A DNA stretch of 64,000 bases from a bacterium (GTDB lineage: Bacteria > Patescibacteriota > Minisyncoccia > UBA6257 > UBA9933). The translations under genes and the position numbers were made by a program. The notes beneath the pieces were generated by a model. The model was not told where the DNA came from. It ran no database searches and was given only the letters and a program-made list of their open reading frames with translations. Location: NCBI GenBank assembly GCA_030693235.1, contig JAUYBE010000006.1, positions 2,758 through 66,757 on the forward strand. The letters run 5' to 3'. How positions within the stretch are numbered: the stretch's first letter is position 1; each line of letters opens with the position of its first letter. Below, one piece after another: positions 45,684 through 54,005 of the stretch.

Positions 45684-46630
45684 TGAAAATTTACACTAAA
45701 CAATTTAAACAATTAAGTAAAGTCGATGTGGCCATCGCCGGCGGGAAAGGGGCGAGCTTGGGTGAGATGGCGCAAGCAGGCTTTCTTGTTCCGCCGGGTT
45801 TTGTAGTTTTGGCGAGCGCGTTCGAGAAATTTTTGGAAGAGACGGATTTAAACGTGGAGATGAGCGCGATTTTAAAAAAGGTGAATTACAAAGATATTAA
45901 TTCGGTTGATAAGGCCTCAAATCAAATCGGGGATTTGATCGCTGACGCGGATTTTCCTAAAGACATTGGTAAGGAAATAAAAAAAGAATTTGGCAAGATG
46001 GGTGTCAAATTTGTGGCCGTGCGTTCTTCCGCCACGGCCGAGGACTCCTCGATTGCCTCTTGGGCAGGGGAGTTGGAAAGTCATTTGAATGTTGATGAAA
46101 AAGACTTATTTGAGGCGGTTAAAAAATGCTGGGCTTCTCTTTTTACTCCCCGCGCCATATTTTATCGTTTTGAAAAGAATTTGCAAAAGCAAAAAGTTTC
46201 AGTGGCGGTGGTGGTGCAGGCAATGGTGCAGTCGGAGGTTTCGGGCGTTGCTTTCACCGTGCATCCCGTAACCGAAGACAGAAATCAGATGGTTATTGAA
46301 GCGGGTTGGGGTCTCGGCGAGGCGATAGTGGGCGGAAAAATCACGCCTGATACCTATATTGTCGCCAAAGACAGCTTAGAAATTTTGGATAAAAATATTT
46401 TTTCCCAGGAGATAAAAATCGTTAAAGACGGTTTGGGCACAAAAGAAGAAGCGGTTGAAAAGAGCGAACAGGAAAAACAGAAGCTGACTGATGAAAAAAT
46501 CATTGAACTTGCCAAAATTTGTAAAAAAATAGAAGAGCATTATGGATTTCCGCAAGATATTGAATGGGCGTTTGAAAAAGAAAAATTTTATATTGTCCAA
46601 AGCAGGCCAATAACCACTTTAGTTGAATAA
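45683..46630 (+). CDS. PPDK_N-like PEP/pyruvate-binding (ATP-grasp) domain protein, PEP-synthase N-terminal homologue
   Basis: 'DVAIAGGKGASLGEMAQAGFLVPPGFVV' and 'FVAVRSSATAEDS...SWAGELES' are the hallmark of the PEP synthase/PPDK N-domain. Confidence 0.65.
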   Translation: MKIYTKQFKQLSKVDVAIAGGKGASLGEMAQAGFLVPPGFVVLASAFEKFLEETDLNVEMSAILKKVNYKDINSVDKASNQIGDLIADADFPKDIGKEIKKEFGKMGVKFVAVRSSATAEDSSIASWAGELESHLNVDEKDLFEAVKKCWASLFTPRAIFYRFEKNLQKQKVSVAVVVQAMVQSEVSGVAFTVHPVTEDRNQMVIEAGWGLGEAIVGGKITPDTYIVAKDSLEILDKNIFSQEIKIVKDGLGTKEEAVEKSEQEKQKLTDEKIIELAKICKKIEEHYGFPQDIEWAFEKEKFYIVQSRPITTLVE

Positions 46631-46657
46631 ACTTTGTTTTACGTCATTTTTATTAAT

Positions 46658-46960
46658 ATGTTAATCAACAAAAAAACTTTGGAACATTTGGTCGAGTTAA
46701 GCCGGATTGAATTGGATAAAAAAAGCGAAGAAAAGCTGTTGGGAGACCTTCAGAAAATTTTGGGGCACTTTGAGGAATTGGAGGGAGTGGATACGGAAAA
46801 TGTTGAGCCAATAGCGGGTGGAACGGAATTAAAAAATGTTTTTAGAGAAGATGAGTCAAATGTCAGTTGTCAGATGTCAAATGTTAAAATAGTGGAGGCG
46901 TTCCCGGAGAAAGAAAACGGTTTTTTAAAAGTGCCGCCCATATTTCAGAATAACGAATAA
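46658..46960 (+). CDS. gatC: Asp/Glu-tRNA amidotransferase subunit C
   Basis: 'LEHLVELSRIELDKKSEEKLLGDLQKILGHFEEL'. The track ORF starts at 46634. Confidence 0.8.
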   Translation: MLINKKTLEHLVELSRIELDKKSEEKLLGDLQKILGHFEELEGVDTENVEPIAGGTELKNVFREDESNVSCQMSNVKIVEAFPEKENGFLKVPPIFQNNE

Positions 46961-47003
46961 TGTTTTCGCCGAAGGCGAATCCCCGAAGGGTCTATTAAGA
47001 ATT

Positions 47004-48488
47004 ATGGATATTCGCGATTTAACAATTAAAAAATTTCACGAAGGATTGGTAAATAAACAATTTTCGGTTTTTGAGATTACGAAAGCGTTTTTTAATTATA
47101 TTAAAGAAAAAGATTCACGGATAAACGCTTATTTGCGTCTAACCGAAGATTCAGCTTTGTCGCGGGCGAATAAAGTTGATATTGAATTGGCCGAGGGGAA
47201 AAACTTGGGAATTTTAGCAGGTATCCCTTTGGCTATTAAAGACAATATTTTAATTGAAGGCGAGTTGGCGACAGCTGGCTCGAAAATTTTAGAAAATTAT
47301 CGGGCGAGCTATGACGCGACCGTAATTAAAAAACTTAAAAAATCCGGCGCCGTGTTTTTAGGCAAAACTAATATGGACGAATTTGCCATGGGTTCTTCGA
47401 CGGAAAATTCGGCTTTTAAAATTACCAAAAATCCTCATGATTTGGAACGGGTGCCGGGCGGTTCTTCCGGCGGTTCAGCCGCGGCTGTTGCTTCTGATAT
47501 GGCTGTGGCGGCATTGGGTTCGGATACAGGTGGCTCTATCAGACAGCCGGCGGGTTTTTGCGGCGTGGTTGGTTTAAAGCCGACTTACGGCGCGGTTTCC
47601 AGAAACGGTTTAATCGCAATGGCTTCTTCTTTGGATCAAATCGGTCCGATAACAAAAACAGTTGAAGACGCGGGAATATTATTTGAGGCGATTAAAGGCA
47701 AAGATGAATTGGACGCGACCAGCGCTACGAATTCAGAATTCAGAATTCAGAATTCAGAATTACAGGATATTCGGAAATTGAAAATCGGGTTGCCGAAGGA
47801 GTATTTTGCCGGTGGATTAATCAAGGAAGTGGAAGAGGCGATTGAAGAAGCGATTAAAAATTTAAAATCATTAAAAATAGAATTTAAAGAAATCAGTTTG
47901 CCGCACACAAAATACGCTTTATCCTGTTATTATATTATTATGCCGGCGGAAGTAAGCGCGAATCTGGCGAGGTTTGATGGAGTGCGCTATGCGCGCCTAA
48001 GCGATGCAAAACTACGAATACACGCGAATGCCGCGAATAAATCAGAATTATTAAATATTTATCTTAAAACGAGGGGTGAGGGATTCGGCGATGAAGCAAA
48101 ACGAAGAATTATTTTAGGAACTTTTGTTTTGTCGTCGGGATATTACGACGCTTATTATTCTAAAGCTCAAAAAGTCAGGCGATTAATTAAAGAAGATTTT
48201 GACAAAGCGTTTGAAGAAGTCGATGTAATTTTAACGCCGGTTTCGCCGACCCCGGCCTTCAAAATCGGCGAAAAAACTGATGACCCGCTTCAAATGTATT
48301 TGTCAGATATTTTTACCATTCCGGTTAATTTGGCAGGGCTCCCGGCTCTTTCGATTCCAGTTAACCCAAAACCTAAAACCCAAAACCTAAAACCTAATTT
48401 ACCCGTTGGTTTCCAGCTTATCGGCAAACCGTTTCGCGAAGTTGATATTTTAGGAATCGGGCAGTATTATGAGAAAATCATCGAATAA
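47004..48488 (+). CDS. gatA: Asp/Glu-tRNA amidotransferase subunit A (amidase signature)
   Basis: The AS signature is 'GGSSGGSAAAVAS'. It contains in-frame tandem-repeat insertions at 47729-47763 and 48368-48395. Confidence 0.9.
   Translation: MDIRDLTIKKFHEGLVNKQFSVFEITKAFFNYIKEKDSRINAYLRLTEDSALSRANKVDIELAEGKNLGILAGIPLAIKDNILIEGELATAGSKILENYRASYDATVIKKLKKSGAVFLGKTNMDEFAMGSSTENSAFKITKNPHDLERVPGGSSGGSAAAVASDMAVAALGSDTGGSIRQPAGFCGVVGLKPTYGAVSRNGLIAMASSLDQIGPITKTVEDAGILFEAIKGKDELDATSATNSEFRIQNSELQDIRKLKIGLPKEYFAGGLIKEVEEAIEEAIKNLKSLKIEFKEISLPHTKYALSCYYIIMPAEVSANLARFDGVRYARLSDAKLRIHANAANKSELLNIYLKTRGEGFGDEAKRRIILGTFVLSSGYYDAYYSKAQKVRRLIKEDFDKAFEEVDVILTPVSPTPAFKIGEKTDDPLQMYLSDIFTIPVNLAGLPALSIPVNPKPKTQNLKPNLPVGFQLIGKPFREVDILGIGQYYEKIIE
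47729..47763 (+). repeat. (GAATTCA)5 tandem heptamer, in-frame within gatA
   Basis: Four perfect units and one variant unit encode 'NSEFRIQNSEL'. Each unit contains an EcoRI site. Confidence 0.8.
48368..48395 (+). repeat. (AAAACCT)4 tandem heptamer in gatA
   Basis: Units aaaacct/aaaaccc/aaaacct/aaaacct encode 'PKPKTQNLKP'. Confidence 0.8.
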
Positions 48489-48511
48489 CGAATTAGCGCG
48501 AATATACAAAT

Positions 48512-49009
48512 ATGATTGATGATTTTATAAATTTCTTTACAGAAAACTTGCTGGTTTTTCAGATTGTTTCGCTTTTTGTGTCCACGATTCTTTTGAGTTT
48601 TATTATTTATTTTATCGCCAAACTTAATATTATCGGCGAGAAAATAGAAAATTTTATCGATGTGCTTGGAGCTAAAGATATTTCAAAGCGCCGGACGTTG
48701 AAAGCTTGGAAGCAGATTCAGAGGCGGTTAAAAACGGGCGAACTTAATCAATTAAAACTGGCCATTTTGGAAGCGGACAAAGTTTTGTACGAGGTTTTAA
48801 AAATGATTGACTATCAGGCCAAAAATTTCGATGAAATTTTGGAAAAAATTACCGAAATACAGCTTTCCAATATCAAAGAGATCCGGCATATTCATAAACT
48901 TCGGCATCGGATTGCCAGCGAGCCGGATTTTCAAATCAGCGTCAATGAAGCGGAAATGGCGATTGAGATTTACAAAAGAGCTTTTCAGGAGTTAAAACTT
49001 ATTGAATGA
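48512..49009 (+). CDS. Hypothetical membrane-anchored protein
   Basis: An N-terminal TM helix is followed by a helical region. Confidence 0.3.
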   Translation: MIDDFINFFTENLLVFQIVSLFVSTILLSFIIYFIAKLNIIGEKIENFIDVLGAKDISKRRTLKAWKQIQRRLKTGELNQLKLAILEADKVLYEVLKMIDYQAKNFDEILEKITEIQLSNIKEIRHIHKLRHRIASEPDFQISVNEAEMAIEIYKRAFQELKLIE

Positions 49010-50201
49010 TTTTTGCAAATCTTCTTTTTCCAGATTGAATAATCATTCCGTTTTTTATTGGAATGTTTTTTCGCCAATCTTCTTGAATTTCGTTATTAAT
49101 TTTCACGCCTTTTTGTTCAATCAATCTTTTGGCTTCGGCTTTTGATGAAGCGAGTTTGGTTTTGGTTAATAAATCCAAGATATTAATATTTTTCGCGGCA
49201 ATTTTAATTAAAGGAATTTCCGACGGCAGTTTTTTCTCTTTGAAAATTTGATTAAATTCTTTTTCAGCTTTTTGGGCCGCGATTTTTCCGTGATAGAGCG
49301 CGACGATTTCATGAGCAAGTCTGGCTTTGACATCGCGGGGGTTTAATTTGCTTCGTTCCATATCCGTTTTTATTTTTTGTATTTCCTTTTTGGATTTGTC
49401 GGTGCAAAGCAAAAAATATTTTGCGATAAGATTATCCGGTAACCGCATTATTTTTTCAAACATTTTGTTTGGCGTTTCATTGACGGCAATATAATTTCCA
49501 GCGCTTTTGCTCATTTTTTTTATGCCATCTAGTCCTTCAAGAAGCGAGGTGGTTAAAATGTCTTGTTCCGGCATTTCATAAAATCTTTGGACCTTCCTCC
49601 CCATCAGAAGATTAAATAATTGATCTGTTCCGCCAATTTCAACATCAGCCTTGACCATTACTGAGTCATATCCTTGAAGTAAAGGATAAAGCGTTTCAAG
49701 GAGCGTTATGTCTTGATTTTTTTGTAAGCGTTTTTGAAAATCTGTTCTGTGCAAGATTTGCTGAATACTGCCTGCTCTGGCAAGCTTAAAAATTATTTTA
49801 GCGTTATCCTTTGCGAACCATTCACTATTGTAAATAACTTCAGTTTTGTCTAAATTGATTATTTTGTCCGCCTGCTTGAGATACCCTTTCATATTCTTTT
49901 TTATCTCCTCTGCAGTTAATGGCTTTCTTGTTTCTTTGCGTTCGCTGGGATCGCCGATTTGCGCCGTAAAGTCGCCGATTATTAATATAATTTGATGGCC
50001 AAGTTCCTGAAATTGTTTTAATTTTCTAAGCGGTACGGAATGTCCAAGATGTATGTCCGGCGCTGTTGGATCAATGCCAAATTTGACCCGCAAATTTCTT
50101 CCAGATTTTAATTGCTTTTCGAGGTGATTTTTTACGATTATTTCTTTCACGCCGTGCGTCAAAATTTTTTCGATTTTTTGAGAGTCAGTGTTGATTTTCA
50201 T
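48999..50201 (-). CDS. tyrS: Tyrosyl-tRNA synthetase
   Basis: 'PDIHLGHSVPL' (HIGH) and 'KMSKSAGN' (KMSKS), with a C-terminal S4 domain. Confidence 0.9.
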   Translation of the reverse strand: MKINTDSQKIEKILTHGVKEIIVKNHLEKQLKSGRNLRVKFGIDPTAPDIHLGHSVPLRKLKQFQELGHQIILIIGDFTAQIGDPSERKETRKPLTAEEIKKNMKGYLKQADKIINLDKTEVIYNSEWFAKDNAKIIFKLARAGSIQQILHRTDFQKRLQKNQDITLLETLYPLLQGYDSVMVKADVEIGGTDQLFNLLMGRKVQRFYEMPEQDILTTSLLEGLDGIKKMSKSAGNYIAVNETPNKMFEKIMRLPDNLIAKYFLLCTDKSKKEIQKIKTDMERSKLNPRDVKARLAHEIVALYHGKIAAQKAEKEFNQIFKEKKLPSEIPLIKIAAKNINILDLLTKTKLASSKAEAKRLIEQKGVKINNEIQEDWRKNIPIKNGMIIQSGKRRFAKIIQ

Positions 50202-50218
50202 AATTTTTAGAGTTTAAA

Positions 50219-50295
50219 TGGCGCGGGTGACCGGATTTGAACCGGCGATCCCTGCCGTGACAGGGCAGTGCTTTAGACCGCTAAGCTACACCCGC
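50219..50295 (-). tRNA. tRNA-Asp (GUC), with CCA encoded
   Basis: The reverse complement is 'GCGGGTGTAGCTTAGCGGTCTAAAGCACTGCCCTGTCACGGCAGGGATCGCCGGTTCAAATCCGGTCACCCGCGCCA'. It folds as a cloverleaf with the anticodon loop CTGTCAC. Confidence 0.85.
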
Positions 50296-50328
50296 ATTAC
50301 GCGCTAAAATTATAGATTAAAATCGTTT

Positions 50329-51735
50329 TTATTTCAACTTTTTAACTATTTTTTTGATTTTTTCACCTCTTTCTTTATAATCTTTGAACATATCAAAGCT
50401 GGCTGAGGCGGGGGAGAAGATGACGGTAATTGGTAATTGGTAATTAGTAATTAGAGATTTGGCGGTTTTATAAGAAAGATTAATAGCTTTATTTAAATTT
50501 TTAACTTTTCTAATTACTATTTGCCGATTACTATTTACTGAAATTGCTTTAGCGATTTTTTGTTTGTTTTCGCCGAATAAAATCACCATTTTTGTATTGG
50601 AATTTTTTAACGCTTTGGCGAGAGGGGAATAATTTAAATTTTTGTCTTTGCCGCCGGCGATTAAGATTTTCGGTTCGCTAAAGGCGTGGATTGCCGCGGC
50701 CGCGGTTTGGGGATTGGTGGAAGCGGAGTCGTTGTAGAATTTAATTAATGTTTTGGAAGTCCGACCTCCCAAATATTGACGATTAATTTTAGGAGGTCGG
50801 ACTTCCCGAAATTGGTTAACGTTGATACTACGAACAAATTCTAATCGGTGCTCCAAACCGCGGAAATTTTTAATGGCCTTAATTATCTTTTCTTTCGGAC
50901 AACCGAGTGATAGAGCGACGGTCGCCGCCATTATTGCGTTTTTCAAATTATGCGTTCCGGGGATCTTTATAACTGATTTTATTTTATTCTCTAATTCGCG
51001 CGAATTAGAGAACGATAAATCTATGGGAAATTTTTTGCCGGGACTTTTTTGGGCGGTTAACTTTGAATATTTATCATCCGAAAAATAAAATATTTTATCG
51101 TTTTTTTTCTGCCATTTGGCGATATTGGCTTTGGCGTTGAAGTATTCGCGGAAATTTTTGTGAGCGTCTAAATGGTCTGGGAAAATACCCAAGAAAACGG
51201 CAATGTCGGGTGATTGGGTTAAGTCCTGAAGCTGAAAACTGGAAAGCTCTAAAATAACGACAGAATTATTTTTTAATTTTGGCAAAATTTCAATAGCTGG
51301 TTTGCCGATGTTGCCGGCTAAATAAGTATTTTTATCGCAAGCTTTTAAAATTTTATAAAGCAGAGTGGAAGTTGTCCCTTTGCCCTTAGTGCCTGTTATG
51401 CCGATGACTTGTGGTGAGCCGCGCCGAACCGTTTTTCTTATCTCTTCAAAAAACAATTGAGTGGCGCTGGAAAATTTAACTCCTTTTTTAACAGCTTTTT
51501 GGATTTCCGGCGAATTATAAGGCACGCCCGGCGAGCGAAAAACAAGGTCGAATTGTTCCAGATTTTTCAAATAATTTTTATCGAGTTTTTTGTCTAAAAC
51601 AGAAACATCCGATTTCTTAAACCGCGGGGACTTTTTGAGAAATTTCAATAGAGATTTTCCTTCAAGGCCAAAGCCCAGAATGGCGATTTTTTTTGAAGTT
51701 AAATTATTGGTCATAAATAAAAAATACCCCGCCAT
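50329..51735 (-). CDS. murD: UDP-N-acetylmuramoylalanine--D-glutamate ligase
   Basis: The N-terminus is 'KIAILGFGLEGKSLLKFL' and the P-loop is 'GITGTKGKGTT'. It contains three small in-frame insert elements: 50425-50456, 50755-50806 and 50988-51011. Confidence 0.85.
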   Translation of the reverse strand: MAGYFLFMTNNLTSKKIAILGFGLEGKSLLKFLKKSPRFKKSDVSVLDKKLDKNYLKNLEQFDLVFRSPGVPYNSPEIQKAVKKGVKFSSATQLFFEEIRKTVRRGSPQVIGITGTKGKGTTSTLLYKILKACDKNTYLAGNIGKPAIEILPKLKNNSVVILELSSFQLQDLTQSPDIAVFLGIFPDHLDAHKNFREYFNAKANIAKWQKKNDKIFYFSDDKYSKLTAQKSPGKKFPIDLSFSNSRELENKIKSVIKIPGTHNLKNAIMAATVALSLGCPKEKIIKAIKNFRGLEHRLEFVRSINVNQFREVRPPKINRQYLGGRTSKTLIKFYNDSASTNPQTAAAAIHAFSEPKILIAGGKDKNLNYSPLAKALKNSNTKMVILFGENKQKIAKAISVNSNRQIVIRKVKNLNKAINLSYKTAKSLITNYQLPITVIFSPASASFDMFKDYKERGEKIKKIVKKLK

Positions 51736-51764
51736 TGCTTAAAAAGCAAATGACGGGGAAAAAC

Positions 51765-52553
51765 CTATGCCAATGTTGTGATAAAAGCGGCGTTCCGATG
51801 TTTTACCCCATTTTTATCATCGTGGTAATAACACCAGTATTTTCCGCTACAACAGACACATTCTCCTATCTCATTAATTTTTTTATAGCCCTTTTCCATA
51901 AATAATTCGCAGATAAGGCCGATTAAATTGAAATTAATGGAATGGTCTGCGGTATGAATGAATCGATCGTTATCGTCCGGCCTCATAGCTTTAATAGCAG
52001 GATAGACGGTTTTTAAAAAATAATCATAACCGTCGTTTTCATATTTTAGACAATTGCCGCATGTTGAAGGAAGAAAGATTATCTGCGTGGTTTCTTTTCT
52101 TCCGCCAGCATTTTCCCATAACGAAAAAAACCTTTCAACTATGTCTTGCGTTATGGATTTCCATCCTCCATGAAGAAGGCCAGAAATATTCGTCTTTTCA
52201 TTCCGAAAAGCGATCGCCGGACATCCGCCGGGGAAAAATATGGCTGCTCCGGCGCCACGGTAAATAACACCGTCGCAGAAGCGTTGTGTTGTTCCAGTCT
52301 TGAAATTATTTGGGAAATAGGTTATCCTGTCGCCATGTTTTTCTGCTCTCATTATTATAAGCTTATCGGAAACGGCAGAATAAAAACCGGTAATTTCTAA
52401 TACCTTTTTAGCCAACTCAAAAGCTTTTTTACTTGAGCCGTTAGGATAGAAGTTTCCGGAGTTTTTATGGGTCATACCAACTGTGGCATTCCCATCAATT
52501 TGAAAAGAACAAAATTTTTCTTCCAGAACAGATTCTTCTTTTATCGTTACCAC
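51765..52553 (-). CDS. YfiH/PgeF (DUF152) family purine-nucleoside phosphorylase / laccase-domain protein
   Basis: 'FFPGGCPAIAF' and 'GLLHGGWKS' match the YfiH 'ADCxP' and 'HAGWRG' regions. Confidence 0.55.
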   Translation of the reverse strand: MVTIKEESVLEEKFCSFQIDGNATVGMTHKNSGNFYPNGSSKKAFELAKKVLEITGFYSAVSDKLIIMRAEKHGDRITYFPNNFKTGTTQRFCDGVIYRGAGAAIFFPGGCPAIAFRNEKTNISGLLHGGWKSITQDIVERFFSLWENAGGRKETTQIIFLPSTCGNCLKYENDGYDYFLKTVYPAIKAMRPDDNDRFIHTADHSINFNLIGLICELFMEKGYKKINEIGECVCCSGKYWCYYHDDKNGVKHRNAAFITTLA

Positions 52554-52712
52554 GGTGTCCCTCCTTTTTGAATTTATTTTAAAGACGCTATATTATTTTT
52601 ATTCGAATTTTTGACTTATGTCAAGTTGTTTGTTATTATTTTATCGTGGGGTGGACCAATGATATTCTATTTTCTATTTCGCCGAGATTTCCTGATAAAA
52701 TCGGGATATCTC

Positions 52713-52782
52713 GGCGGGGTGGACCAATGGTAGGTCGGGAGGCTCATAATCTCCAGAAGTGGGTTCAATTCCCACCCCCGCA
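52713..52782 (+). tRNA. tRNA with a CAU anticodon (Met elongator or Ile2-lysidine type); short D-arm, CCA not encoded
   Basis: 'GGCGGGGTGGACCAATGGTAGGTCGGGAGGCTCATAATCTCCAGAAGTGGGTTCAATTCCCACCCCCGCA'. The anticodon loop is CTCATAA and the T-loop is TTCAATT. Confidence 0.65.
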
Positions 52783-52791
52783 ACATTCTTC

Positions 52792-52866
52792 GTCGGCGTA
52801 GCTCAGTGGCAGAGCGAGGGACTCATAAACCCTAGGTCACAGGTTCGATCCCTGTCGCCGGCACCA
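52792..52866 (+). tRNA. tRNA-Met (CAU), possibly the initiator (three G-C pairs in the anticodon stem), with CCA encoded
   Basis: 'GTCGGCGTAGCTCAGTGGCAGAGCGAGGGACTCATAAACCCTAGGTCACAGGTTCGATCCCTGTCGCCGGCACCA'. Confidence 0.8.
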
Positions 52867-52956
52867 TTAAAATTAAAAGTTTAAAATTCAAAAATCAAAA
52901 TGACAAATCAAAATTTTAAAATGATTTAAATTAAAAATTTTGAATCTTACATTTTT

Positions 52957-54005
52957 ATGATTAAAGAAATTAGTAGAAATTTTGGGGAAGAAATAAAAAA
53001 AGTCGAAGATTTAAAAAGTTTAGAACAACTGCGTATTAAATATCTCGGCCGGAAAGGCGAGTTAACGCGAATTTTGCGCGGGCTCAAGGATTTATCGGTG
53101 GAAGAGCGCCGAAAAATCGGCCCTCAAGCCCAAAAACTCAAAAAAGAACTGGAAGAATTATTTAGAGAAAAAACAGATGAACTAAAACCTAAAAACTATA
53201 ACCTAAAACCTAAAATTGACATCACCAAGCCGGGCAAAAAGATTCCCGTAGGCCATCTTCATCTTTTATCGAAAACGGAAGAGGAAATTCGCCAGATCTT
53301 TCTTTCGATGAATTTTTCGGCGGTTGAAGGGCCGGAAATTGAGGACGAGTATCATAATTTTGACGCTTTAAACATTCCACCGAATCATCCGGCAAGAGAT
53401 ATGTGGGATACATTTTGGCTTCGCCAAAATGAAATCAAAAATCAAAAATCAAAAATAACCTAAAACCTAAAACCCAAAACCTAAAACCTTTATTATTGCG
53501 CACTCACACAAGCCCTATGCAAATCCGCTATATGGAAACTCACAATCCGCCGTTTCAGATTATTGTGCCGGGACGAGTTTTTCGTTACGAAGCCACAGAC
53601 GCCTCTCATGAAACCAATTTTTATCAAGTTGAGGGGTTGATGGTTGGCAAAGATGTTTCTTTGGCGAATTTTAAGTTTGTTATTGAGGAATTTTTTAAGA
53701 AATTTTTTGCTTCGACGGGTTCGGCGCGGGGCGGCAAAGAGATAGAATTTCGCTATCGGCCGAGTTATTTTCCTTTTGTCGAGCCGGGCGTTGAAGTCGA
53801 TATTAAATTTGAAAATAAATGGCTGGAAATTATGGGCGCTGGTATGGTCCATCACAATGTTTTTGAAGCGGTGAAATATAATCCTTATGAATGGCAAGGT
53901 TTTGCTTTTGGAATGAGTTTAGAAAGATTGACGATGATCAAATACAATATTCCCGACATCAGACTGTTCTACTCCGGCGACTTGAGATTTATAAATCAAT
54001 TCTAA
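52957..54005 (+). CDS. pheS: Phenylalanyl-tRNA synthetase alpha subunit, split into two ORFs (52957-53463 and 53496-54005) by a frameshift within a heptamer tandem-repeat tract
   Basis: ORF1 ends '...HPARDMWDTFWLRQNEIKNQKSKIT*'. ORF2 (TTG start) continues 'LLRTHTSPMQIRYM...FRYEATDASHETNFYQVEGL...' with class II motifs 2 and 3. Frame 3 is open from 53433, so a 1-nt insertion in the A5 runs at 53433-53460 would fuse the two. Confidence 0.8.
53432..53488 (+). repeat. (AAATCAA)3-(CTAAAAC)4 compound tandem repeat at the pheS break
   Basis: Seen directly in the sequence. The same (AAAACCT)n family occurs at 53184-53211, 60593-60620, 60724-60744 and 48368-48395. A related (AAAACTC)4 is at 56051-56078, and (GGTAATT)4 is at 50425-50456. 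Confidence 0.8.

Noticed and set aside
50822-51088. ORF 50822-51088 (+) inside murD
   Set aside because: It is antisense to murD and its only notable content is the palindrome, which reads the same on both strands.
52640-52870. Integrase-borne mobile element at the tRNA cluster
   Set aside because: Only a 14-nt partial duplication is present. There is no integrase, transposase or phage gene anywhere in the window.
53891-54005. PBP start at 53891 as given by the ORF track
   Set aside because: That start would overlap the conserved pheS C-terminus in another frame. ATG 54006, overlapping the pheS stop (taATG), gives the expected TM-anchored PBP N-terminus.
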